A DNA stretch of 64,000 bases from Calditrichales bacterium. GTDB lineage: Bacteria; Calditrichota; Calditrichia; Calditrichales; J004. The position numbers and the translations under genes are program-made. Under the pieces are notes generated by a model. That model was not told the DNA's origin, did not search any database, and was given only the letters and a program-made list of their open reading frames with translations. Shown in pieces: positions 19,101 to 28,451 of the stretch (within the stretch, counting starts at the first letter, position 1; every line of letters starts with the position of its first letter). The stretch lies in assembly GCA_015493745.1 (NCBI GenBank), contig WGCN01000013.1, positions 10,733 to 74,732 on the forward strand. Reading direction: 5' to 3'.

Positions 19101-20478
19101 TGCTAAAGTTGACCGTATTTAAAAAGTCAGTGGTATTATTGCGTATTATGTCATACACCTTGGATTCACGGGTGACCACCAGTGCCGTATCGGTCAGATT
19201 GATGGTGTAAACCTGAACTCCGCCCACATAAAGTTTAAACTTGTTTTCCGGGTCCACCATGATGGTGTTATCATACCATCCTTGTCCGTTCAGCCAGTCG
19301 GGATCGCTGCCGCTGTCCTTGGCCAGGGCCCAGCTGCTGCCGGCATCAAAACTTACATACAGTACGGAATTATTGCTGCCCCCTTCGGCGGCGGCATACA
19401 CCAGGTTGGTGTCCTGCTCCGTCATGGCCAGTTCCAGTCGTCCGCCCAAATCGGCCAGTGATCCGGCCACCACTTCCCAGCTTTCCCCGGCATCCAGTGA
19501 TCTTATAATACCCACACCGTTTACGGAGGCGAACTGCGTTTTAAAGTTAAGTGGATTGGCTATCAGGTGCTGGATGCGGGCATTGGTTCCGTGGGTATAT
19601 TTCTGTTCCCAATTCAAACCACCGTCAACCGACTTCATAATTACCGAACGATAATCCGAAGTATAGATACCGCCATTGGAGCAAATCAATACCACATCGG
19701 GATTGTCGGGGTCTACAATCACCCGGTTAATATTTACAAATTGGGGATTTTCTGTCGTCGAACTCAGCAGCTTCCAGCTTTCACCGCCATCGGTGGATTT
19801 CAGAACACCGTTTCCATTTATCTGATCCGTGTTAAAAAAGCCTTCACCCGTACCGGCGTAAATGATATCCGGGTTTGAGGCCGGCTGGGCAAAATAGGAG
19901 ATAGCCAGCAGGGGCAGGTCTTCGGTTTTGGCCTTCCAGGTTTGTCCGGCATCCGTGCTTTTCCAGATACCGCCCCCAACCGTACCGGCCAGCCAGGTAT
20001 TGTTGGTCGGGTCACCGGCATCTACAAGCAGGCCGCGTGTTCTGCCCGGCACATTACTGGGGCCCCTCTCTACAAACTGCAATGATGAGAATGCCGTTTT
20101 TTTGAAAGTTCGGGGGTTCTGTTTTTGGGCCTCCAGGGCCTTATCCAGGGCGCGTAAACGGTAATTCAATCCATAGCCCGGATTCTCTTCTCCCTCGCGG
20201 GTACGGATGTCATGATAAAATTTTGCAAACATATCCGGACGGTTGGTTTTTATTTTTCCGGCACGCAGCTTTTCCAGCTTCTGAATATGGTTTTGTAAAA
20301 CCGCCCAATCGGCCGTTCCCCGCCTGGTCTGTTTCAATTCGGCTTTTAAAACCACAATCTGTTCAGTCAAACTCTGGGCAGCCGTGGTTTTTTCCGTAAA
20401 CGGATCATCAAGCAGCCAGTAGCCGCTGCCAAGACCGATAGCTATTAAAGCCAAAAGATAAAATGTTTTACGCAACAT
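16198..20478 (-). CDS. BNR/Asp-box repeat (sortilin/Vps10- or Ycf48-like beta-propeller) protein with T9SS type-A C-terminal domain
   Basis: 1426 aa. About 10 Asp-boxes ([80 protein letters not shown]). Canonical CTD [22 protein letters not shown]...[25 protein letters not shown]. N-terminal hydrophobic anchor plus a coiled-coil-like segment. Confidence 0.85.
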   Translation of the reverse strand: [1426 protein letters not shown]

Positions 20479-20668
20479 TATTCCCCCTTATTGTAATTCA
20501 ATCGTTTTAGCGCTTACCATCTCTAGATAAACGCTTATTATTTTTATTTATTTCTATCTCTATACGGTTTGTCACAATCATACTCCCGGTATTTTAACAC
20601 ATCGGGGGCTCCACTTCACGGGTACAAATCAAAATAAAGAAACTTTTAAACAAAATTATCCATAAACA

Positions 20669-20710
20669 TAAAAAAAGAACAAACCTCCTCGGACATAGCC
20701 CGAAAAGAAG
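20669..20710 (-). terminator. possible rho-independent terminator after the metalloprotease gene
   Basis: Minus-strand CUUCUUUUCGG...CCGAGGAGG forms a stem of about 9 bp including 3 G-U pairs, followed by UUUGUUCUUUUUUU. A weak stem. Confidence 0.35.
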
Positions 20711-20712
20711 TT

Positions 20713-22917
20713 TTACTTTAATACCACCACCTTTTTAAATACCGCTTTTTTACCACCGGTGATACGTACAATATAAAAGCCCGAGGCTACTCTTGTCCCT
20801 TGCAGGTTACGGCCGTCCCACAAAAACAAACCCCGTCCCTGATCATCGATCTCATTGTAAACCAACCGGCCCAGCACGTTAAAAACCGAAAATTCCACAC
20901 GTCCCCCCCCATTTGCCTCATACTCAATGGTCAATGGATTCTCCGAGGGAACATAAGGCACGGGATAAACCTGGATATTGTCGATATCAATATTACCCGA
21001 CGAGCGGCCGGAATAAGGTGCCGCCACCTCCAGCTTTATCATCCAGATACCATCGAGAGAACCGCTGCCGGTTTTAAAATTTTTCAGGGGTAAAAACGTG
21101 GAGGTGGCGTTCTGTCTCAGATAGGAGCGCCCGCTGTAATTTTTTTCTATAGCCGCCGAAGTTTCATAGCCCATGGTGCCTTCCTGCGGATAATATACCC
21201 CCACATCCAGAAAATCGTTTTTCATCCGGAGTTGTTTGATGTTCTCCACATCCACACTGGCCCACCCCCCGCGCAGGGGATTTTCCAGTATCACCTTTTT
21301 ATATGCGGGCCGACCGCCCAGGGCCAAGGCACGATCGTATATTTGTATTTCCACGGCACCGCTGCTGCTATAGTTATAAAAGGAAACTGTTTTGATAAAA
21401 GTGGAATCCCGGGGGGCGATATAGTGGATGGCGTTGGTGGCGCCGTCGGAGCCAATAACAAAAGTGGGCTTATCCGAACCGTACTCCAGAGTAATCAAAT
21501 CATATTTTTGCCGGCCCGAAACATCCAGGGCAATGACATCATTGGTGCCGGAAATATTAAAAAAGCCCAACTCCAGCGTATGAACCTCGCCGCTTAGATC
21601 AAACTGCTTCAGGGGAAAAAGCGGTGTTTCCAGCCAGGCGGTTCCCCCCAAACCAAAGGCATTATAATAAACCGGACCGGAAAAGGGGCGGCCTTGCGCA
21701 ACGGTAACGGAGTCGCCGTTGGTCAGCTCCACCAGGCGCATGGCGTAAGAAGCCACGGGCCAGGATTTATTTTGCGGGTATTCCGTGATCCGCTCCGCCG
21801 GAGAAGCGCGCAAATACTGTAAGGCACTCCACCGGAAACTATAGTCCGGGGTGTTAAGCGGATCATTACTCATCAATGTTTTGAAAAAATTTTCCAGCAC
21901 GGCAACAAAAGAAACGCCGTTTTGCGCGTTCAGCGCCCTGTTCACGCCAACAACTCCGTGTGTCGCTTCCTGAACTATGGCGCGGATGGTAGTGCGTCCG
22001 TAACGTTCATATAAAAAATAGCTCCACAGGGCCACCCGCGAATAGTGTGGCAGGGGATCATCATCATTCCAGTCGGTCATGGAAAGGTCGCTGTTATTCA
22101 AATACCTTTCGGGAGAACGCAAACCGTAACCGCACAGATAACTGGCCAGTTCGGACAGGCCTTCGTTAACCCAGCTTTCCTCACCCGGATCATAGTTGTA
22201 ATGGATCAGGTGTTGAAATTCATGGGCCACGGTTCCCAAAACAGCCTCCGGTTTATAAATCGGATCGCGCTTATCATTATAGATGCCGGGATAAGTGTCA
22301 ATATAGAGAATGTCGGTTTTATTGGAACCGGGCTGGGTCGTTTGATCATAGGAGAAGAAGAAGCCACCGACAAAATTACCACTGCCGTCATAACCATCCT
22401 GTATATCGGTCATTAAAAAATGCGTCCGCCCGCTGCCGTCAATATTGGGCGGCTGACCAAAGGACCATTCATTGATGGCCACAATGCCCTTGTTGGGATC
22501 CAGACTGCCCTGGGGTGTGGAATATAAGAGGTCTTGCAACACATCATCGACCACCTGTTGGGTTACATGGCTGTTCTCCCACTCGCTGTCCTGCACCCAG
22601 ATGCGGATATCCCCATCCTTGCCGCGCAGGGTGGCCGTTACATCATCAAAGAAAGGTGAATCCTTTGACTTGTCGATATTGTATACCTTAAAGGTGTGGC
22701 TGTCACCCGGATTATCCGGTATCGCCGCGGTCTTGGAAAAAGTGAAGGTTTGCAGATCACTATATGCGGCGGGATTCGTTTTGCGCAGGGCGGCCATGTG
22801 CGTTTCCATTTCCGTGACGGAGGGAAGCATGGGGGTGCCTGAAATTCTGGGTTCATTAAAAAAAGATTGGGCCGCGGCTAAAAACGGAACAAGCGTCAAA
22901 AGAAGAAATCGATTCAA
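20713..22917 (-). CDS. secreted zinc metalloprotease (gluzincin, MA clan) with T9SS C-terminal domain
   Basis: 734 aa. HEFQHLIHYNYDPGEESWVNEGLSE gives HExxH plus a downstream NEG glutamate. CTD VYPVPYVPSENPLTIEY...VASGFYIVRITGGKKAVFKKVVVLK. The annotated start codon is TTG (22917) and the start is uncertain. Confidence 0.8.
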   Translation of the reverse strand: MNRFLLLTLVPFLAAAQSFFNEPRISGTPMLPSVTEMETHMAALRKTNPAAYSDLQTFTFSKTAAIPDNPGDSHTFKVYNIDKSKDSPFFDDVTATLRGKDGDIRIWVQDSEWENSHVTQQVVDDVLQDLLYSTPQGSLDPNKGIVAINEWSFGQPPNIDGSGRTHFLMTDIQDGYDGSGNFVGGFFFSYDQTTQPGSNKTDILYIDTYPGIYNDKRDPIYKPEAVLGTVAHEFQHLIHYNYDPGEESWVNEGLSELASYLCGYGLRSPERYLNNSDLSMTDWNDDDPLPHYSRVALWSYFLYERYGRTTIRAIVQEATHGVVGVNRALNAQNGVSFVAVLENFFKTLMSNDPLNTPDYSFRWSALQYLRASPAERITEYPQNKSWPVASYAMRLVELTNGDSVTVAQGRPFSGPVYYNAFGLGGTAWLETPLFPLKQFDLSGEVHTLELGFFNISGTNDVIALDVSGRQKYDLITLEYGSDKPTFVIGSDGATNAIHYIAPRDSTFIKTVSFYNYSSSGAVEIQIYDRALALGGRPAYKKVILENPLRGGWASVDVENIKQLRMKNDFLDVGVYYPQEGTMGYETSAAIEKNYSGRSYLRQNATSTFLPLKNFKTGSGSLDGIWMIKLEVAAPYSGRSSGNIDIDNIQVYPVPYVPSENPLTIEYEANGGGRVEFSVFNVLGRLVYNEIDDQGRGLFLWDGRNLQGTRVASGFYIVRITGGKKAVFKKVVVLK

Positions 22918-22937
22918 TAAAAACCCCGGAAATAATA

Positions 22938-23276
22938 TTAGTGTGTAATTTCAGGATAGACCTGTGCCAGCTTATCCAGTTCATCGTCGGTCAGGAAGTC
23001 AAACTCAATACCCACATGCCGGGTTCCCTCATCAAAAGCCTTAACGTTTCGGATATGGCCGACGGTCTTTACCAGGTCATCCCCCACGGCAACGACCACC
23101 TCAACCTTTAACCCAACCTCCATATCATGATCGCTACGGATGCCGATACCGGTACGGCTGATATCAAGCGTCAGGGCCATGCCCTCGTCAAAAACGCGGT
23201 CATCGGCGTCATAAAGGCGATAGGACACAAAATTTTGCGATCCGATACGTTTAGATTCACGTCCTTCGAACTCCAT
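22938..23276 (-). CDS. PilZ domain protein (putative c-di-GMP receptor)
   Basis: Track ORF extends to 23396 and would overlap the upstream gene. I prefer ATG 23276 (MEFEGRESKRIG...). It has both canonical PilZ motifs, RxxxR (RESKR) and D/NxSxxG (DISRTG). Confidence 0.75.
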   Translation of the reverse strand: MEFEGRESKRIGSQNFVSYRLYDADDRVFDEGMALTLDISRTGIGIRSDHDMEVGLKVEVVVAVGDDLVKTVGHIRNVKAFDEGTRHVGIEFDFLTDDELDKLAQVYPEITH

Positions 23277-23362
23277 CTCATCTTCTCCCTGTTTAACAGA
23301 CAAAACTAAACTTATAAATCTCAGGCCTGTGCTCATCCGCGGGCAAGGCCTTTTACAAAAGG

Positions 23363-23602
23363 CTAATCCAGGATGGCGCTCAGTTCCCGGCTCCAATCCG
23401 GCTGCTGCTCCGGCCAGCGTTCCAGTTCGCGTCTTATGAGATTGATTTTTGCCTCGGGCGCCAGTTTACGATTCAGATAGAAATAGTAATTGTCATGATA
23501 GCGTACCAGGCCGCCTTTAAAATTTCCGCGATCCGACTTTACCGGAATATCATTATTTTCAAGAAGGGCGATCAATTTCTGAAGTTTTTGTTCCTGCGTC
23601 AT
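23363..23602 (-). CDS. hypothetical small protein (79 aa)
   Basis: ATG verified. No motif recognised. Sits co-directionally between manC and the PilZ gene. Confidence 0.5.
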   Translation of the reverse strand: MTQEQKLQKLIALLENNDIPVKSDRGNFKGGLVRYHDNYYFYLNRKLAPEAKINLIRRELERWPEQQPDWSRELSAILD

Positions 23603-23659
23603 ATCTTATCCGTTTTTAAGACCGGACTTAATATCCTTAACAATGGCTTGCAACGCAAA

Positions 23660-24742
23660 TCAGAGATACTGGGTTAAATCCTTGATCTTAAGTTTATCCA
23701 CGATTTCCTTTACGCGCTGTGAGCTTTGTCGTTTGCAAAGCAAAATGGTGTCTTCGGTTTCAACCATGATCAGGTCATGAACATCTATGGCCGCCACCAG
23801 CTTCCCTCCGGAGGTATAGAAAAAGTTGTTTTTAGAGTCCAGGGTCATGGGAATGGCCTGCATGTGCGCATTCTCGTCTTTTGTTTTGGGGGAGATGTTA
23901 TACACCGCCTCCCAGGAGCCGACATCGTTCCAGTTAAATTCCGCTTCAATCACCCGCACCTGTCCGGCATTTTCCATAATGCCGTAATCGATCGATTTCG
24001 GCCGGATGGAACTGTACATATGTTCAATGGCGGCCGCCATGTTTTCCGTGTCCAGTGCCGCCTCCACCTCCGGAAGCATTTCATACATATCCGTCATCTG
24101 GCGCTGAAACTCATCCATAATGGCCTTCACCGTCCAGACAAAGATACCGCTGTTCCAGTAAAAGTCGCCGCTTTCCAAAAAACGGGCGGCCGTTTCCATG
24201 TTGGGTTTTTCGGCAAAGGTCTTTACCTTGTAGATCGGGTAACGGGAAACGCAGCAGGGCTCCTCTTCCCGCTGGATATAACCGTAACCGGTTTCGGGAT
24301 AACCGGGTTTAATGCCCAGGGTCATCAAAACATCCGAGTCGCGGGCATGATCCACCGCGCTGCGTATGATATCACGGAAAGCCTCGTCATCACCGATCAT
24401 ATGATCGGCGGGAACCACAACGGAGACAGCCGCGTCACCGCCGCTGCGCTTACGGATAATGGCCGAAGCCAGGGCGATGCAGGGGGCGGTATTACGGCCA
24501 AAGGGTTCGGCGATGATATTTTTTTCAGGAAGACCGGGCAATTGGGCGGCCACCTTTGTCACCAGATGCGCGCCGGTGATGATCAATATTTTTTCCGGCG
24601 TCGTCAGTTTTACCACGCGGTCATAGGTTTCCTGCAACATGGTTTTTTCACCGGTGATTTTTAAAAGTTGCTTCGGAGTCTCAAACCGGCTGAGCGGCCA
24701 AAAACGGGTACCCGCGCCACCGGCCATTAAAACTATATACAT
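23660..24742 (-). CDS. manC: mannose-1-phosphate guanylyltransferase
   Basis: 360 aa. MAGGAGTRFWPLSR...PKQLL nucleotidyltransferase signature. GAGGA SD. Confidence 0.9.
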   Translation of the reverse strand: MYIVLMAGGAGTRFWPLSRFETPKQLLKITGEKTMLQETYDRVVKLTTPEKILIITGAHLVTKVAAQLPGLPEKNIIAEPFGRNTAPCIALASAIIRKRSGGDAAVSVVVPADHMIGDDEAFRDIIRSAVDHARDSDVLMTLGIKPGYPETGYGYIQREEEPCCVSRYPIYKVKTFAEKPNMETAARFLESGDFYWNSGIFVWTVKAIMDEFQRQMTDMYEMLPEVEAALDTENMAAAIEHMYSSIRPKSIDYGIMENAGQVRVIEAEFNWNDVGSWEAVYNISPKTKDENAHMQAIPMTLDSKNNFFYTSGGKLVAAIDVHDLIMVETEDTILLCKRQSSQRVKEIVDKLKIKDLTQYL

Positions 24743-24761
24743 ATATTCCTCGAGTTAGTAT

Positions 24762-25565
24762 TTAAAGTGTAATCCGACCCTGATAAACAATCCCGGCCGG
24801 GCCTTGCAGCCACAGGCTTCCGTCCCGCTTCTTGAAACGAAAAGAACCGCCCGGCATGTTTATATCGACCGCCGTGGCCGATGGTTCAATCATTTTTATA
24901 AAAATCAAACCAACGGCGGAGACACCGGTACCACAGGAGAGGGTTTCCTCTTCCACGCCTCTTTCATAGGTGCGCATTTCAATCTTTCCGTCCTCTATGT
25001 AAAAAATATCCACATTTACACCCCGGGGCTTAAAATAGGGATGATAGCGCAGATAAGGGCCTGTTGCTGCCAGGTCAAACGCCGCCACCGGCTGATTCAG
25101 CCACAAAACCGCATGGGGCACACCGGTATTCAGAAAATAAAGACGCCTTACCTGTGGGGGGAGTTTGAACAATGAGGCCTGCGGTTCTTCAATCTGCGCA
25201 TCGGATAAAATCTCCACCTCCACCGAGCTATCGTTAACCCGACCCTGATGCCGGCCGTCATCGGCCTCAAAGCTGAGCCAGACATCTTTTTCAATCCACC
25301 CCAGTTCGCGGGCCAGCCATAAAGCACAGCGCGCGCCGTTGGCACACATTTCCCCGCGGCTGCCATCGGCATTGTAATAGTGAAACTTAAAAGAGGTCTC
25401 CCCTCCCGATTCCAGAACAATCAATCCGTCCGCGCCCACGCCAAAGTGCCGGGCGCACAGGGCGCGTATGCGTGCCGGCGATACGGGAACAGACATCTGC
25501 GAAGCCGTAAACAGAATAAAGTCGTTTCCGTTGGCCTGCATCTTGTAAAAAGTCACTTTACTCAT
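24762..25565 (-). CDS. dapF: diaminopimelate epimerase
   Basis: Internal ATG 25565 (MSKVTFYKMQANGNDFILF) preferred over the track start at 25616. Catalytic Cys motifs MCANGARC and SCGTG. Confidence 0.9.
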   Translation of the reverse strand: MSKVTFYKMQANGNDFILFTASQMSVPVSPARIRALCARHFGVGADGLIVLESGGETSFKFHYYNADGSRGEMCANGARCALWLARELGWIEKDVWLSFEADDGRHQGRVNDSSVEVEILSDAQIEEPQASLFKLPPQVRRLYFLNTGVPHAVLWLNQPVAAFDLAATGPYLRYHPYFKPRGVNVDIFYIEDGKIEMRTYERGVEEETLSCGTGVSAVGLIFIKMIEPSATAVDINMPGGSFRFKKRDGSLWLQGPAGIVYQGRITL

Positions 25566-25673
25566 AACGTCCGAATATATTATGGTGATTAAAATTAAAA
25601 ACGGGGATGATGTCACTAAGGGCCTGTTCCTGACGGCCGCCAGGGAAGCCGACAGAGTGGTGCCCCCCTCCCG

Positions 25674-27362
25674 TCATGGCAGGGGAATAACGATCCCCGA
25701 CTTCTCCCAGCGCTTACGGATCGATACCGTATCCCGGCTGACATGAAAGATTTCGCTAAACCGGAACGGTTTAATGGAACCGGGAGTGAAAACACTGTTG
25801 CTGTCCCTGTCGGCAAAAGCGGAAAGCTTATACTGTCCTTCTTCAAGATAGCGGAATTCAAAATCAGGGCCGTTTATGCGTTGTTGCCGGCGCTGCCTGC
25901 GGCCCTGCACCGGTTCGATCGTCACCACATAGGGCGGGGGTATCCGGGTTTTTATACGGCCTTTCAGGGAACCGAAGTCGTTGTCGGATTTTACTTTAAA
26001 GACCATATGCGTCGCGCTATCCTTAAGGGCGCGGCCAAAACCGTCCCTGATCAGGGTGGTGTCCATGGAAAAAGTATAGCTGCTGTCGCCGGTCAAAGGT
26101 TGCAGCGGCTCCAGTGTCACCCTGTCCGGGGAGTCGGAACGCAGATGATAGCGGATCGTATCCCGGCCTTGTAAAAAGGCCAAGGCGCGCTTTAATCCCA
26201 TCCGGCTGTTTTGAGACAGAGGCAGACTAAACCGGAGCCTGATTACGTCAAGCGGATGAACAGCCCGCGCGCTGTCGGCCGGGAAGCGTTTTTTTAAACG
26301 GAAGGGGATTTGAAAAGGTTTGGCCGAAGCATTAAAGAAAAAGGAACTGTCGGGAACGGTCTGCGCCAGCGAATCCTTAAGTCCGGTAAAGCGGGCCATA
26401 TACCGGCGCCCGCTGTCCTGAACAGCGGTGAACAAAGCCAATCCGCCGGGATAGTGGTTCCATTGATAGCAGGGTAACGGTTTTCCGCCGGCACTGTCTG
26501 TAATTTGTATTTGACTTAGGGAATCGAAAAAAAGAGTACGACTGGTTTTTACGATAAGCTGCCGGTTATTTATGGCACGTATTGAAAATATGGACGGCAG
26601 ACTGGTATCCTGAACGGCGGGACGCATATTCAGCTTTTCCATCAGCGTGGTTGCGGCCCCGACACGCACATCTTTTGCAGGAAGGGCCACCTTTTCGCGG
26701 GGGATATCGGCCAGCAGGTTATTATTGGCATCGGCAACGGCCAGCACGCGATAGAGCCCCGGCTTAAGATTTCTCAGGCGGAAGCGGCCCTGCCGGCCTG
26801 TTTTACTGATGTAGAGAGCCGTATCCTTAAAGAACATGGGATTAACCCGCGTGCTATCCATGAGATAGGCCATGACCGTGTAGCTTTCCCGCTCCTTCAG
26901 GCCGAAAACCTGTCCCTCAATCTCTCCCCGGTCAATATGACTGCCCGTGGCAAAGGCCAGCGTATAGGCCTGATCCAGTCCGTTGCCGCGCAGGTCTTTC
27001 AACCCGGTACCCAGGGTAACCACATAGGTAATATCCGGGGTGAGACTGTCCTTCAGTTGGATGGTCAGTTCATCATAACCGTCCCAGCTCCAGTTAAATG
27101 GAATGGGCGGAGAGATAAAAAGATTTTTAGCGATGGAGTTTCTGTCCATCATTTCGGAAAAAGAAAAACGGATGTACTGCAAATGATGTACATCCGTTGA
27201 ATCCTGTTGCGGAAAGGAAAAAACAACCGACGGAGCGGTTTTATCTTCCGGGCCGCCTTTTAACCCGCCCTTAACGGCGCAGGTCAACAACAAAGCGCTT
27301 ATCAGCCATGTGCTTATAGCTATAAGTATCCGACGCATGGACATAGCGAAAACGCGCCCCAT
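25674..27362 (-). CDS. Ig-like (SbsA/Big_5-type) domain lipoprotein, function unknown
   Basis: 562 aa. Lipoprotein-like signal (...ALLLTCAVKGG). KTAPSVVFSFPQQDSTDV...RFSFSEMMDRNS resembles Big_5 Ig-like domains. Starts 17 nt after rplS. Confidence 0.65.
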   Translation of the reverse strand: MGRVFAMSMRRILIAISTWLISALLLTCAVKGGLKGGPEDKTAPSVVFSFPQQDSTDVHHLQYIRFSFSEMMDRNSIAKNLFISPPIPFNWSWDGYDELTIQLKDSLTPDITYVVTLGTGLKDLRGNGLDQAYTLAFATGSHIDRGEIEGQVFGLKERESYTVMAYLMDSTRVNPMFFKDTALYISKTGRQGRFRLRNLKPGLYRVLAVADANNNLLADIPREKVALPAKDVRVGAATTLMEKLNMRPAVQDTSLPSIFSIRAINNRQLIVKTSRTLFFDSLSQIQITDSAGGKPLPCYQWNHYPGGLALFTAVQDSGRRYMARFTGLKDSLAQTVPDSSFFFNASAKPFQIPFRLKKRFPADSARAVHPLDVIRLRFSLPLSQNSRMGLKRALAFLQGRDTIRYHLRSDSPDRVTLEPLQPLTGDSSYTFSMDTTLIRDGFGRALKDSATHMVFKVKSDNDFGSLKGRIKTRIPPPYVVTIEPVQGRRQRRQQRINGPDFEFRYLEEGQYKLSAFADRDSNSVFTPGSIKPFRFSEIFHVSRDTVSIRKRWEKSGIVIPLP

Positions 27363-27379
27363 CTCCTCCGTAAAGAGGT

Positions 27380-27718
27380 TTATCTTTCTTTAATACGGGC
27401 GGCTTTACCGCGCAGTTCACGCAGATAGTAAAGCTTGGCACGCCGTACTTTACCGCGTCTAACCACATCGATTTTGGCAATACGCGGTGAGTTCAGCAAA
27501 AAGATACGCTCAACACCCACGCCATGAGAAATTTTGCGAACGGTAAAAGTGCTGTTGATACCGCCGCCACGCATTTTGATAACAACGCCCTGAAAAAGCT
27601 GAATACGTTCTTTGTCGCCTTCAACCACGCGTACGTGAACAGCCACCGTATCCCCGGGGCGAAAATCGGGGTTATCGCTTTTCAGTTGATCGGCAGCTAC
27701 TTGATGTAAAATGTCCAT
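27380..27718 (-). CDS. rplS: 50S ribosomal protein L19
   Basis: 112 aa. [29 protein letters not shown]. Confidence 0.95.
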   Translation of the reverse strand: MDILHQVAADQLKSDNPDFRPGDTVAVHVRVVEGDKERIQLFQGVVIKMRGGGINSTFTVRKISHGVGVERIFLLNSPRIAKIDVVRRGKVRRAKLYYLRELRGKAARIKER

Positions 27719-27745
27719 TTTTAAATCCCAGGTTAATATTTCTTG

Positions 27746-28438
27746 TTACTCATTAATTTTTTTCAATAAATCGGGTCGCAATTTTTTGGTCAATTCCATG
27801 CGTTTTTCATTCCGCCAATTCTCTATTCGCTCATGATGTCCGGATGTCAGCACCTCCGGTACCCGTAAATGGCGGTAAGTTTCCGGACGGGTGTAATAGG
27901 GAGCGTCCAGCCAGCCTTCCTGAAAGGAGTCACTCCAGGCCGAATCGATATCCTTCAGCACATTGGGCAGCAGACGCACGATACTGTCGGTAATGACCAG
28001 CGCCGCTATCTCGCCGGAGCTTAGCACAAAGTCCCCGATGGAGACATCTTCAATCTTATAAAGACTGTAGAGCCGTTCATCCACCCCTTTGTAATGCCCG
28101 CATAAAAAAATCAAATGTTCATCCAGGCTCAGCTCGGTCGCTTTTTTCTGATCGAACGTACGGCCGCGGGGAGTCATCATCATAATACGCGCCGCGTTCA
28201 GATCGTTTTCCCCGGCAATTTTTTGCAGGCAACGGTCAAAGGGTTTGACCTTTAAAACCATGCCCGGCCCGCCGCCATAGGGATAATCATCTATGGTTTT
28301 ATGACGGTCATCGGCATAGTCCCGCAGGTTATGAACCGTGATCGAAACCGCGCCGGCCTCCCGGCCTTTTTTTATTATGCTTTGTTGCAGCGGTTCTTCC
28401 AGTATGCCCGGAAAACCGGTGATGATATCTATACGCAT
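27746..28438 (-). CDS. trmD: tRNA (guanine37-N1)-methyltransferase
   Basis: 230 aa. YGGGPGMV and the typical TrmD C-terminus. Confidence 0.95.
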   Translation of the reverse strand: MRIDIITGFPGILEEPLQQSIIKKGREAGAVSITVHNLRDYADDRHKTIDDYPYGGGPGMVLKVKPFDRCLQKIAGENDLNAARIMMMTPRGRTFDQKKATELSLDEHLIFLCGHYKGVDERLYSLYKIEDVSIGDFVLSSGEIAALVITDSIVRLLPNVLKDIDSAWSDSFQEGWLDAPYYTRPETYRHLRVPEVLTSGHHERIENWRNEKRMELTKKLRPDLLKKINE

Positions 28439-28451
28439 GTCATAGAACAGA

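Noticed and set aside
23726-24664. Long plus-strand ORFs (312 aa here; also 625..1320, 50708..51508, 53145..54017, 11377..12105, 41294..41977, 12737..13447 and others) lying antisense to well-supported minus-strand genes.
   Set aside because: They lie entirely inside strongly supported genes such as obg, manC, recG and GT2. Their composition is low-complexity and Gly/Arg/His-rich, typical of shadow frames. They have no SD or recognisable motifs. I treat them as antisense artefacts.
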